In this document: positions 1 through 13,431 of the stretch, in pieces
Layout of the letters: the number at the start of each line of letters is the position of its first letter
Numbering within the stretch: position 1 is the stretch's first letter
The notes under the pieces: generated by a model
What the model was told of the DNA's origin: nothing
The model's database searches: none
Seen by the model: the letters and a program-made list of their open reading frames with translations, nothing else
From: Chrysomallon squamiferum
Taxonomy: Eukaryota > Animalia > Mollusca
Reading direction: 5' to 3'
Assembly: GCA_012295275.1 (NCBI GenBank)
Contig: CM022670.1
Location: forward strand, 29,264,001-29,328,000
DNA: 64,000 bases
Program-made: the position numbers and the translations under genes

Positions 1-921
1 AAAGTCTAATCAGATATCACTCTTAATTCCTAGAATTTTTCTGTTTGGCATTATTGAAGTTTAAGTAGGTACCTGATGGCTCATGCTTTGTCAGTAATCA
101 CTTAGATGTAAGGAAAGTGTCTAGCAAAATCACATTATATATATATATATATGTGTGTGTGTATAAAATAACATTTTGCTGAAAACAGGACCAGTGTCCC
201 ATCCATTGCTAGCAAACCTGATGTTAAGAATTCCACGCAGATCGTTTTACATTTTTAACTGAGAACATTATTTATTTGTTTTCACCTTAATTTTTAAATT
301 TAAACATATTTCTTTCAGTTTTATTTTCATATTATCTATAATGCTGTTGATAAAAATGTTCAGCTTAGTTTTAAGACTAGTTTGCTTTTTTTGAACTACC
401 TTTTTTAAAGTTTTATATGTTAAATGAGGTTATTTTTTAGACTGTATTAGATATTAAATTATGCTTTTGGTTGTCATTAAGTTTCTTGTGGAATTTGTGC
501 AGTTCAGTGCTATCTGAATTAATTTCTTTCATATATAAAAATCTTGATTCTTAGCTTTGTTAATAATTTTAAAATAATTATTAAGTAATTGTTTTAATAA
601 TCATTACCCATTAAGCTTTATGGTCAGAGTTAAATGTTAATATCTCATAAAATGTCTAATAAACTCAGTGAATTCAAAGTTAACATATATTATAAAAAAT
701 ACTGATTCTCATTAGTTAGGGATATTGTTAAAAAACAGAAAACTGAAACATGTTTTAAATAAAATTTGTTTTTGTTTTGCTGTATAAATTTACTTCCATT
801 CAACTTATAAAGTTTGCCCAGGGATTAAATATAAGCAAGGTAATTGAGTGGAGAAGAAGTTCAGAGGAAAAATAGAAATCAATTTATTAAATTGTATTAA
901 TTGTCTGAGGAGTCACTTATT

Positions 922-923
<2 letters not shown>

Positions 924-970
<47 letters not shown>
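924..970. repeat. (TG)n microsatellite
   Basis: Perfect TG dinucleotide run. Confidence 0.95.
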
Positions 971-971
<1 letters not shown>

Positions 972-1182
972 GTATTTAATGAATAGCTATCATTTTACTA
1001 GTTATTCACTGATCTTTGCAAAGTCATAAAATACATGTAGATGGATAATTAATTATGTTTTGTAATGTTGTTATAATTTTATATTTCATTGTGTAATGAA
1101 ATATGCTAGTAAAGCACTGTGTTTACACATGACTGAAGATTGAAGATGTTTTATATATATGTATATATATATATATCAACAG

Positions 1183-1327
1183 TTCTTGGATCAGCATCAT
1201 TTCTATCTCCCATTAGACGTGGATTTCTTGGTTGACCATTTCAAAACAGATGCCGAATACCTGTCCCGCAATTGGCAGATTCTTGGCCGACCTACAATGA
1301 TCTTTGCCCTCTCAAAACAGATGTTAG
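1183..1327 (+). CDS. PHKA: PHKA alternative exon A (mutually exclusive candidate)
   Basis: caacag|TTC...ATGTTAG|gtgtgc, 145 nt, phase 0 to 1, [48 protein letters not shown]; homologous to the PHKA FxDQQQFYLALD...W...GxPT exon. Confidence 0.9.
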
Positions 1328-2527
1328 GTGTGCAGGTTGCCTCTCAGACCTTTTTAACAATGTGGTGGTTTGTGTAGCACTAATTTTCTTTTAACATCCA
1401 GGCTTTTCCTTTCTAATGTCAGTGTTTTCTTTTTAAAGCACATATTAGCATGATTTGTAGTTGTTGTTTGCTGGCACGTGTCGTTATTTTTATGTAAAGA
1501 AAACAGTTTTTCACATGATCAGTCAAAGAAGGTTGATGTCAGCATTTCAAATATTGTCAGATATGTAACTCTTTCTATACACAAAAGAGAGAATAGTAGT
1601 CCTGATTCCAAACTGAATCTTTATTATGAATTTATTTTATTTTTACCCATCAAAACAGAGTTTTCTAATTCTTGTATTATTTTTTTCTTCCTTTAAATTT
1701 ATTAAAATAAAAATAAAAAATAAAAAATGTTAGAATGTATTTATAACTGAACTACAAAAATATTCAAATACATTGTTCTGATAAAAAAAAAAATGAAAAA
1801 AATATCAGTATGTGTTATTATATGATACTTATCTGCTTTGAAGTTGCTTTAAAATTACGTCTAAATGTGTTTAAGCCTATAAAACCATGCTAGCTTTGCC
1901 TCTGCACTAACTGAATCTGTAAAAAAAAAAAAAAAAAAAAAAAAAATTAAAAATAAAATTAAAAATTAAAAATAAGGAAGAAATATATGATTTTCTTTGT
2001 ATTTGGAATACTTGCTGCTGGGTTCCTCTCATCAGTTTAATGTGGAACAGATTATGTACTTAGTTTCTAATAACATTAAAATAAAATACACTGAGTGGAC
2101 AGTCAATAAATATTCAGTGGTTAAATAAATTGTCTGTATTTGCCTCATAAAAAAACATTGGTTTTAAAAATTATTAAATAAATTATAATTTAAAAAAAAA
2201 AAAAACCCAAAAAACATTATTTTTCACGTTAAAATATCAGTAATTTGTTTCTAAAAATTATAGCTTGACAATGAAATCCACAATTGCCATACTAAAAATA
2301 ACAATCTAAATACATATTAAAATACTGTACAAGTCTGATAAATAACATGGTTGAGATTCATTATTTTGCATAACTGAAATAATTATTTCAAACTAATACT
2401 TTGTATTTCCTTTTTATTTTTCTAATTTCTCCATTTTATTTTTACATGGAAATTGTATACAGTATTTATTATCGCCTAATAATTTAATTTTTTCATTCTT
2501 TTTAATCACAATCACATTTGTTTATTC

Positions 2528-2570
<43 letters not shown>

Positions 2571-5500
2571 ATATCTAAGAATATTGATAAGAATAATTCA
2601 GCTAAATATAGCTAGTTACAAGTTAAATATAAAAATAAAATTAAAATTTTCACTATTATAATAATTCTGATTTTTAAAATAATAGCATTTTTATTTCTTA
2701 AATCTTTATTTTTTTTTATCTAACATAAAATGTGAAGATTGAAAATTTTATATTTTGTTTAGCATCAGGTTGTCTAAGAACTTGTAGTGTTAATAAAATC
2801 TCTTTTAACTCTTATTTTTTAAAATGTTTTTATTTCCTTATTAAGTTCTTTACATATGAAATGGTATAAAATGAAATATTCTTTAATTTTTTAAAGCAAG
2901 CTGAGCCATCAAGGTTAGTTATTTTAGGTTTACAATACTGATGCCGTTAAATATAAAGTAACAGTTTACTGACCCCTCTAATAAATAAACAAATATAAAT
3001 TATTAATCTGTAATATGAAATAAATTTCAGCAGTTCATTACTGGGCCTACAGACAGATACCAGTAATAAAGAGTGATCATTATCTAGTTATGCATTTAGT
3101 TAATAGCTTCAGTCTAGTTAATAGTTTCAGATAATGGACACTAACCTGTTAATGGTAAGTGTTTTTCACTTTGTCTTTGACATTTTTCTTCACATACTCT
3201 CTGTGTCAACAGTTCATGGACTCTAACCGTTTCTACATAGCTGATGACACAAGCCTATCCTTTAATATCCTCCAAGTTGAGACTTCTTACTTGAAACATC
3301 ATTGGAAAGCTCTTGGTCGTCCTACTATAACCATTGTAATAACTCACATGCAGTTTGGTATGTGCAGGTTTTTTGTTTACTGTTCAGCTGTCGCATTTTG
3401 TCTGTTGCCATCTTGGACCCAAAGTTAATAGTTTTATTTGCACTTTTATGTAAAATATTTGTAATAATAATAATAATATATAATTTATCCTTTGGTCTAT
3501 AATACTGTATTAAATGACATCTTTTATATTAGTATAATAATACACTGTCATTCTTTAAATGTTGAGAGTTATATTTTTCAAGATTAAATATAGAATACTC
3601 AGTCACATGAGTTTTCACATATCTAGAAAAAAATAGGATTAACCAGTATACATAGAGTTAATTGATTTCATCAGCATTTATAATTACATTAGGAACTGTT
3701 CAAAATGTTTAAGTAGGTCATTGCTTACATAGAAACAGTGATACTTTGTTTACCATAATTTTTATATCTTAATATGTTTTTAATATTTTAATATATAAAT
3801 TTTATATAAGAATGAAAACACTAAATGAAAATTGTTATCTTTGGATCCATGATGATTAGATGATTAAGCTTCTGGTATGAAATTGTAAATGAGTGACTTT
3901 TTGTAATTGTGTTTATCTATAATAGTCAACTTAGGAAGTAGTTACCAGTGCTTGTTTTTAACTTAACAAATCTGCACTATTATGTATTTCACTTTACTTG
4001 TAACTTTCCATTTTTTCAAATATTATTTCTTGTAACAATTTCACTAATTATATGTACATACTTTACATTAATCTAAAAGTTTTTAACATGTTTTTATTGT
4101 AATATATCTTTAAAATAAACTGGAAATAAATTAACCTAACAATAAGTAATGTATGTATGTATATATATATATATATATAAATATAAACTTTGAACAGCTA
4201 AACAATATCCTTTTTTATATATATATATATATAAATGAATTGCTAATGCTGAAAATCTTAGTTTAAAAAAAATAATTTGCTGATATAAATATGCTAATTT
4301 TATTTGATGTTTAATTACTATTTTGATTTTTCAGATAATTACAATAACCCTCCACCTGTTTTGATAGCTACTCTGAAAAAACTGCAAACAGGCTACATCA
4401 GTGGAACAAGGTACAATATAACAAATATCCTGTTACTGTAAATTTTTACTTAAATGTTATTAGTCATCTAAACCAATGTATGTAGCATGACAGTCATTTA
4501 TTTTTAAAGCTAGCCTACTATTTCACTTGGTCCTGTACACTTGCACTATCAGTTTGTGTACATCAAAATTTAATTGTATCTGATTCTGTCGTATGTAATC
4601 TAAAGAAGTAAGGCTGCAGCTTGATGTTTAGAGTGCAGTGTTAACATACATTGTTGAGTTTAATATGTTACAGAAAGAAGATAATTGAACTGAACATCTT
4701 TATATTAATTATATGTATTTGCATTAATTTCCTTTATTTTGTCTTTATGATAATGTAGTTTTATCTAAATATTTTGTAATTACCTCATCAAAAGCAATAG
4801 ATGAATTTTCCATTAAAAAAAGAGAAACCCTAATCAGTATTTCATGAATTGTATAAATTACAATAAAGAATAATTTTTAAAATTAACAATTATTTTTTCA
4901 GAGTGCAGCTGGGAAAATTGTCTGACTTCCGAACAACTTCATGTGTAACCAATTTAAGTTTCATTCATGACAGGGATGACCCAAATCAAGGTTTTACTCT
5001 ATTTTGGATTTATTTTTAATATTTCTTAAAACTTGTTTGATATCATTTTACAGGTCAGCTTTTTGAATAATAAGTGTTATTGTACTGAAAATACAGTTAA
5101 AGAATAGACATTGTAACAATATATTTTATAATAACATTTTAAATAAACTTTTCATTAAAACCATTTATTTTTGTAGTTGAAGATCAGGTAATGGGATTCA
5201 TTGAAAATATTACCTGTCAGGCCTGCCCAACAGCACATTTGTTGTCACACAAACGAAAGTCTTTTCAAAAGCCCAAATATAAACGGGCCACATCAGTTCA
5301 TGGCATAATCCGCAGATCCAGGTCCATTCAAATTGACCGTGAGCAGCTTCAAGGTGAGATGTTTTGCTTTTTGCTGGCAGTTTGCAAAATCAGTGGAAAA
5401 GAATTTTTTTTTTTTTTATAATTCTGAATATTCATGGTTTCAAGTTGATATTTGTGAAGATATGTAACAAGAGGAAGAAATACAATTTATGGCACAATTG

Positions 5501-6777
5501 TTGTGCAAAACTTTTTATTTTTTTTTACTTTTATTTTCAGGATTTTTTTTGTAAATGTAAACCTTTTGTGTTTGTACTCTTCTGATCAATCAAGTAAAAT
5601 CATTAAAATGATAAATTGCTGGCACAATTCTGAATTTTTTTGTTTTTTGCGTGTATGTGTATTAATTTATATCTTTATCTTTTTTCCTTTTATGTCTTTA
5701 TTTATATTTTTAAATCTTTACCTTATAAAAATTAAAGGATTAATAAAAAGATTAGTAGAAAATTAATTATGACTGGTCTTGATTTGCTTTTATTTATTTA
5801 AAAATGAAAGAACTGCACTCACATCTTACACGAAATCAAAGAGACAGTATAACAGGTAGGATATTAGTTTCCAGTTTTGTAAACTTTCCTCACTTGGATA
5901 AATTAACTTTTAGTTCAGTTATGACATTTCTTTAACAAATTAGAATTTTATTTTATTTTGCCGTTTGCTTTTAAGTAATAAAAAAATTTCATTAGATGTA
6001 ACTTGAGTCATTAATAGTTTACATAACATAAATTTTATATCTAGAAAAACTAGATTATTATGGTTTCTCACTGGGAAATAAACTCGCAGTGTTGTCAGTA
6101 GATTAGACAAAGTTTGTCATAATTCTGTGTTTTTATATCACATTTTGTTTTACTGGTTCTTTGTTTAAAAAATTATTGGTGGTTTTTTTCTGATTTTTGT
6201 TGTTTTGTTGTTGTTCCCTAATAACCTTTTATTAAAATGAATTTTACACAAAATCTTTGATGAAATATAAATATTCTGACATCAAATTTAAATATACACT
6301 TATATTTGATATCTTTGTATCTTGTTGAAATGTATTACATTTTTTAAATAAGGACATTGTTACTTTAATGGAATTTAAAAAAACCAGTTCGAAACTTTAG
6401 TTACAGTAAATATTTGGTGGTTTGAAAGATTCTTTTTCATTACATAACTCTAATAACTGTTTTTGTGCACATTTAATGTTGTTAATTGTAGTAACAAAAT
6501 TAATTGCTTATAGAACACCCATCTTTTAATAAAAAATATTATGAATGTATGCGTGTGCGGATGTATGTGTGTGTAGATATATATACATATATGTTTTCAC
6601 ATTTATTTTACTATTATGCAAAATAAGAAAAGTGTATAACCAAGATTAATGTATTATAACATATATTTTAATTTACTAACAGAAACTGAGTATACTATTA
6701 AATATATATATATGATTAGATAAAGTACAAATTTGTGTTTTTGTTTGTGTGTGTGTATGTATGTATATATGTATGTA

Positions 6778-6843
<66 letters not shown>

Positions 6844-9800
6844 CTGTACATACCTCAGTATGTATAAATGTATTGTGTGTAAAACAAGAATAATGGAATT
6901 AATTATTTCAGATTTCATTGTTCTATTAGACTGCCTTACCTTTCAGTTAATATACATAATACTGTCATAAATTCTAAACTGAATGGTTAGTGCTCAGTGA
7001 ATAACATACATTCAGATATCATTTATTATGATTATATGATAATATTTTATTTTTATTTTTTTATTATATTCTTTTATGACATTTTAGATGTTTAAAGCTT
7101 TCTTCGATTAATTTGTCAGTTTTGTTTAAACAAACTTGAGGAAATTATTAATGCCCAGCTTAGACTCTTTTACATTTGATTTTATTGTTTATATATTTGT
7201 ATAGTTTAATTATTTGGCTAGAAAATATAGAATAATATATGTGTGTTTAGTTCTAGATTTAAGGTAATTTAATGTATTTGGTCTAGATTCAAATATTATA
7301 TTTCGGTGTTAAAATATGCTACTTCATTCAAATGTTATTGTTATAGATAGATTTTAGACAGAATTATGATTCTTAAAAGAACACTCACTATAAAGTATTA
7401 GTCTTATTAATAGATTTTACATAGATTATGTTTTGTACATAAAATACTTTTTACAATGTTGGTATTGTAGATAGACTTTAAACAGAATTATGATTCTTAA
7501 AAGATGCAGTTCTTAAATCTGCTATCTTGCAGTTAGTAATAGTGCAGCACCATGTAGATCACATAATGTCATAAATTAAAATATCACAAAAACAAATAAA
7601 CTCAGATGAACTATTTTAATAAAAATGCAAGAAGTGAGGCTAAATGGAGGGAATGATATCCATACACAAAATACAGCAGACTCATTAAATCAGAAATAAG
7701 TCATGTCATTTTGTTCTTTAATTTGCATCAGAAATCAGAGTAGCATCATTGCCCAACTTACCCCAAAAATATGATTCAGTAAGATTCTGGTTTAGTCAGG
7801 GTCCACATTTCCATGTTGTCTTAGTAAAATGTTAATGTTTTCTGCACATTTCAGGAAAAGTTACCTGAAGAGCTGTAAATTCAGAGTGTTTCGTTTTTTT
7901 GTGGGGGTTTTTGGGGTTTTTTTTCTCATTATATGATTAAATGATGCAATATTTCTAAGGTGACCCAGCAGAGGCTTAGATCAAGAATTTATACAGGATT
8001 TTCTTGTTTATTCCTGTGAGCTGTTGACTAGTAATCTGTTATGAAATGATTGTTAATAAAATAATGTAGTGTTAATATGAACTTAGTAAATATTTTTATT
8101 GTTTAATTATGCATTATTGAGGGACATTTCTCTTGAGAAGGAAGGAAGATATTTTTTTTAACTATATTTTATTATTTTTATTGTTGTTGTTGTTGTTGTT
8201 GTTGTTACCATTATACATTTTTATTTTTATTATCATTTTATTTTATTTTTAATGCTTAAAATGTGTCTTTTTCTGTTTTTTCAATTATAATATTTATTTT
8301 AGGTGGCACTCTGTTGGATACTGCAAGTATATCAACATCTGGTATGACAGCTGTGTTTTAAACCCTAGATGTAGACTAATTGTTGTGTGTGAAATCTGTA
8401 GTGCATGATTTATTGTGGAGGTTGATTTTTGGATACTTCTGATTTTTTTCAGACGTTATACATGAAGAAGGTGAACACTGTGGTACTGTTGCTGTTTACT
8501 AAGACAACATTTTTTCATTCATGTTGTAACAAACACAGATATTAACATACCTATTTTCACTTACAAATCATTCTAAGAGGTATTTTCTCAGTTGTTATGT
8601 GATTGTTTAAAGGTTAGAAATGACTTTGATGATTTTAGACAGTGGAATCTACCCTTGAATTATTCTGTGAGATCATATAGATCATAATGAGTATAATTTT
8701 ATACAAGTTACATTCAAAATATAACAGAAAGAACAATTACATTAATTTCAACATGGTACAAGTCTAATGTGTTTAATGATCTTGGTAATGTTTATTTTTA
8801 TGTCTCATAATAAATCATTATTATCTTATTTTACAAGTCATATAATGAAAATGCCTCTTTATTATGTTTGGTGCATGAATAATCCAGTGTCTGCTGTTTT
8901 TTGTACAAAGTACAGAAAAAAATAGATAAAGTATCTGTGTTTTGCACGTAGCCTATTCAGATATGTGACAGTTTTACTTTTCTAATTTAAAAAAAAAAAA
9001 AAAAAAATTATCATTAAGCAAATTTTTACAACATTTCTGAATAGTCTATTTTTAATATTTCTTATTTTCTTACTTTTGAGTTCATTCTTGAGATAAAGTG
9101 ATTATTTTGCTATGTTTGAGCTTTCCATTTTTCATAAAATAAGTAAACAGCTATTAATTTTCTAACAATTTTCTTTCTTCATAATAAAAAATTTACACTT
9201 GCTTTCAGAGCATTTCCTAAATAATGAGCAAAATGCATTATTACTTCACTGTCAAAGCAAATGTTTTTAAAAACCAAACTGACTGTCTTCAGTAACTCAC
9301 TATTTCAGATAGAATTTTTTTTTTTTTAATTTTAGTTTGAATGATATTAATATTTGATGACAATATGTAAATATTCCTGCAGCTGAGCATAGTAATAAGC
9401 AAAACCAATATGGAATTTTTAATTAATGATAACATTTTTGACTGAGTGAATTATGGGTGAATTACTATTATTATTATTATTATTTTTAATACTGTCTTAC
9501 AAATGGTTGTTGAAAGCTTCATAATGGTTACAGTTGATATGTAAAATACAATGGACACTGTTTTTAGATGGCATTTTTTGTTTATATCTATTAATAGGAG
9601 GATTGTACAATCTAACATTTTATTGACATTAAACTTAAAGCTTCTGGGTTTTGGGGTTTTTAAAAAAAAAAAAAAATATGCAGATGTCTTCATTTTGAGC
9701 TAATTTTTAGATTTGTTTTAGTATTTTTTTTAATACATATTTTGCAAAATGAAATAAAATTGACATTGCCAGAAACTCATTTATGATAATGTTTCAAACA

Positions 9801-11583
9801 AAAAAAATTTCTGCAAATTTTAAAGATTTTTTAAAACACTTTTATAACTTATAGACATATAAAGATTTTAATTTTATAATTGCTGGTAACAGTAAATGTA
9901 GCAAATAAATGCCAGCATTCAGATGTTCTGCATCTTGACTTGACTGTTTATACTTGCTAAATAATTAACACAGTTCTGAAGACATATACTGTTTTTATGA
10001 AATCTTTTTATTATCTTACTGAGATGTTATAACTGATATATTTGTTTTCAATTTTTGTGATTACTAGATTTTATATAATTTAGTTGTTTTCTGATTGAGA
10101 TGTTATGACTGATATATTTGTTTTCAATTTTTGTAATTACTAGATTTTTATAGTAGTGCATCAAGCAGTCCTTCTTCAGTACCTGATGATGGTATGCCCA
10201 TTTGATTTATCTAACACACTTCTGCTTTCTAGGGCATCTTAGTCTGCTTTGATTATGGTATTTCAGCTAGATAGTGCTGAACAAAAATCTCTCTCACCTT
10301 CTTGCTATGTAGCAGCAGCCACAGCTCCATTTAATAAAATAATGCACAAATCATTCTTGCACTTGGGAGCATTGTGTATTTAACTAGCATTAATGTGAAA
10401 TTTATCTTCAGACAACAAATTAAGGTTCTAAGCAGGATTGTTTTCGATTTGTATGAAGTTAGCTGCATGTGTATGTAGTTACAATATAAAAACACGGAGA
10501 TTTTTTGTTATTAAAGTTAATATGTAATCGGTAATGGTTTCTAAAATATTTATGACAATTATTTCCATAATATCATAGCACTTTTTTCCTTGTTAATATA
10601 ATAGTAAATGAATAAGATTCATTATTTTCTCAGTATGAAAAGAGAAATAATTTCATTCTTTCTTTATTTAATTTTTTTTTGTTGTTGTTGCAAGAAATTC
10701 TTTATTTCTTGTCATTGTGTCTTTAAGTGAAAATCTCAGATTTGGGGATTATTTTTTTCTTATTTATATTTTCTGCTGCTTGTTAAACCTCACCTTATTT
10801 CTTTTCATTGTTTTTCATGTTTACTGAATTGGATGTTGTTTTGTTAAACTCTGCATTTACTTTTGTTCCACTGCATTATCCTAATTATAAAATTATCTTT
10901 TTTTCAATATTTTTATTTAATTATTTTCTTCTGATCTTAGTAATTATAAAAAAATTTATGAATTAAAAATTATGAAATGATTTATATCAAAAGATTTATT
11001 TTATACATGATGTAAATTTTCAGAACTAATTTCCTTCAGTAAATAAAACATTGTAATTTTGTAAGTCCTGCATTATAACATTTAAAAAAAAAAATTGTAA
11101 ATGTATTCAAAAACTTAACAAATAAATGTATATAACAGAAAATTAATTTTTGCATTTGAAAACTGTTAAGTAAAAAATAACCTGCCTTTTTTTGAAACTT
11201 GCTAAGCTATGTGTTGTTGCATGAAATAGATATCAGTTAACTCACTGTCATCCTGCTTGTAATGTAATGAACTGAATAACTGACATTTTATTATTTTCTT
11301 TAAAAGAAAAAGGAATGTTCACATTACTGAAATTAATTAATAGCAAGTTATTTTATTTATTTTTTTTGTAGGTATATCTTATTCCTAGATACAGATTAAA
11401 GTGTATACGTAAATCCTTTTTCTTTCTTTCTTATATATAAAAAAAAAAAAAAAAATGCTTGTTAATCTGTAGTAGTTATTTTTTTGACATCAAAGAAATA
11501 TTGTATTTGTAGTGAAAATGTTTCAGATATTTTAGATGTGGGTTGTATTTTTTAATGTAAATACTCTGCTGGGTTACTTCTTG

Positions 11584-11618
<35 letters not shown>

Positions 11619-13400
11619 GTTATTGATATTATTTATATTATTTCAATATAAAAAATTATATTATTGAAGGAATTTTATTTATTTTATTTATTTTTTTCCA
11701 TAGAAGCTGTACAAGTTGAGCATTTGCGAAGTTCAGGAGTTTTTGATGAACCTTCATCATCACCAAAAATCCATCGTAAAAAAATTGGTTCTGAAGACTC
11801 TGAGGTTGATGTTAAGGAACTGATTGAAACACTGCAGGAGTCTGAAAACTTACACGAGCAGGCAGACATCATCCACTATATCTATGTAACAAAGTAGGTA
11901 ACACAAGTATGAAGATATGTTGTAATTTTTAAAATAGGTTTTTACAGGTTGAGGAAATCTGAAAAGCTCCGAAATCCAAAACATTTTCAGAGCAACTCAA
12001 TATAGTGATTTCAAATTGTTTTGCATACACAGACTTTATTTTATGCACAAAAGTATAAAAAGTATTGAACAGACAAAATCCTGCAGACCATTTGTAATTG
12101 TTGTATATAAAATATAAATAGGTTTCAGATTTAGACTTAGGTTATATTCTCAGGCTGACTCCTTATATTCTAAAATGGAAAACATTCTGAAACTGGAAAC
12201 ACTGCCAGTTTCAAGCATTTCAGATAAGGGATGTGCATCATGTGTTAAGGTCATCTCAAAGCAATTGTCTGTATCGCTGTTCACTAGTTTCATAACAGGA
12301 TTTACTGTGATGACCATCCTAATTTTTAATGTCAGCAGTGAAAATAAAATTGGAATTGTCATTCCCTATTATGTTACAAGTAACACTGCAACAAACATTT
12401 CACAAAGTTTATTTACTTGTTTGCCTTGATTTTCAAATGAGCAAAAATGAGATTATCATTATTATTTTTATAACATATAAAATAAAGCTTTATATAATAC
12501 ATTTTTTAAATCTATGTTTATTTCTGTTAATTTTGTTTACAGAGGTCCTGATTTTGATACACATCTTGGAAATCAGACATGCACTGTAAAAGATCTTCTC
12601 TCTGAACTTTATGAAAAGGTAAAAATATAAAAATGCATTTAATAAGATAGATTCAAGATAGGGCTTTTATTTTTAGTGGGATGATCATGAAGGTTTCATA
12701 TATTTTTAAGTATATAGTCTCATGTCCAAAAATCTATGTCACTCTTCATATATCCTAAATTGTTTTATGCAATATTTTTATTGTTGTCTTTTTAAGGCTG
12801 GACATTGGCGTCAGTGGTGGCTTGTCCGACACACAGCAGGCATGCTGAAGAAAAGAGTGGAAGATTTAGCACTGGTATAAAATCAATCTACTTAAATATA
12901 TGACAAATATAAAATTTAAACTGAAGAAAATTAGAATTAGAATTATTGTAATTTTTTTTAAATCTTCACTGTATTAATGTGTTATAGAAAACACTGAGAA
13001 TTTTAAAAACATGAAATACAGGTACCACTTAATCTTTTAAGGTAATCAGCTAGAGATTTGAACAGTTCTTTTAGCAGATATTTGCAGTTCAATCTGAGTT
13101 AATGTATTTGACTGTTTTCATAATTTCCTTCATAATATTTCTGTTTTAGGCTGCCACAGATCTGCTTGTCAGACAGAAACAGCTTTCAGTTGGGATGCCA
13201 CCAGATGGTGAGAAAATTATAACTTGGTGAGTAGTCAGTTTTCTACATACATTACATGTTAAACTGATTTTCATATTTTCATATTAGATTTTTAGTTAGA
13301 ATACACTGGAATAAACATCCTCATTTTCCTGCAGCTAATGCATAGATTCTGAAGATGGTATTTAATTTAAAAGTTAATTTATTGGAGGAATTATTGTTAC

Positions 13401-13431
<31 letters not shown>

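Noticed and set aside
6654-6970. ORFs with YIYIYI runs
   Set aside because: Translations of the (TA)n microsatellite
11372-11408. Possible PHKA microexon after tttttgtag
   Set aside because: In-frame TAG/TAA in the required phase 1; at best a poison exon, with no further support
12150-12429. Overlapping 70-84 aa ORFs
   Set aside because: They lie in the MITE end and intron, with no recognisable protein
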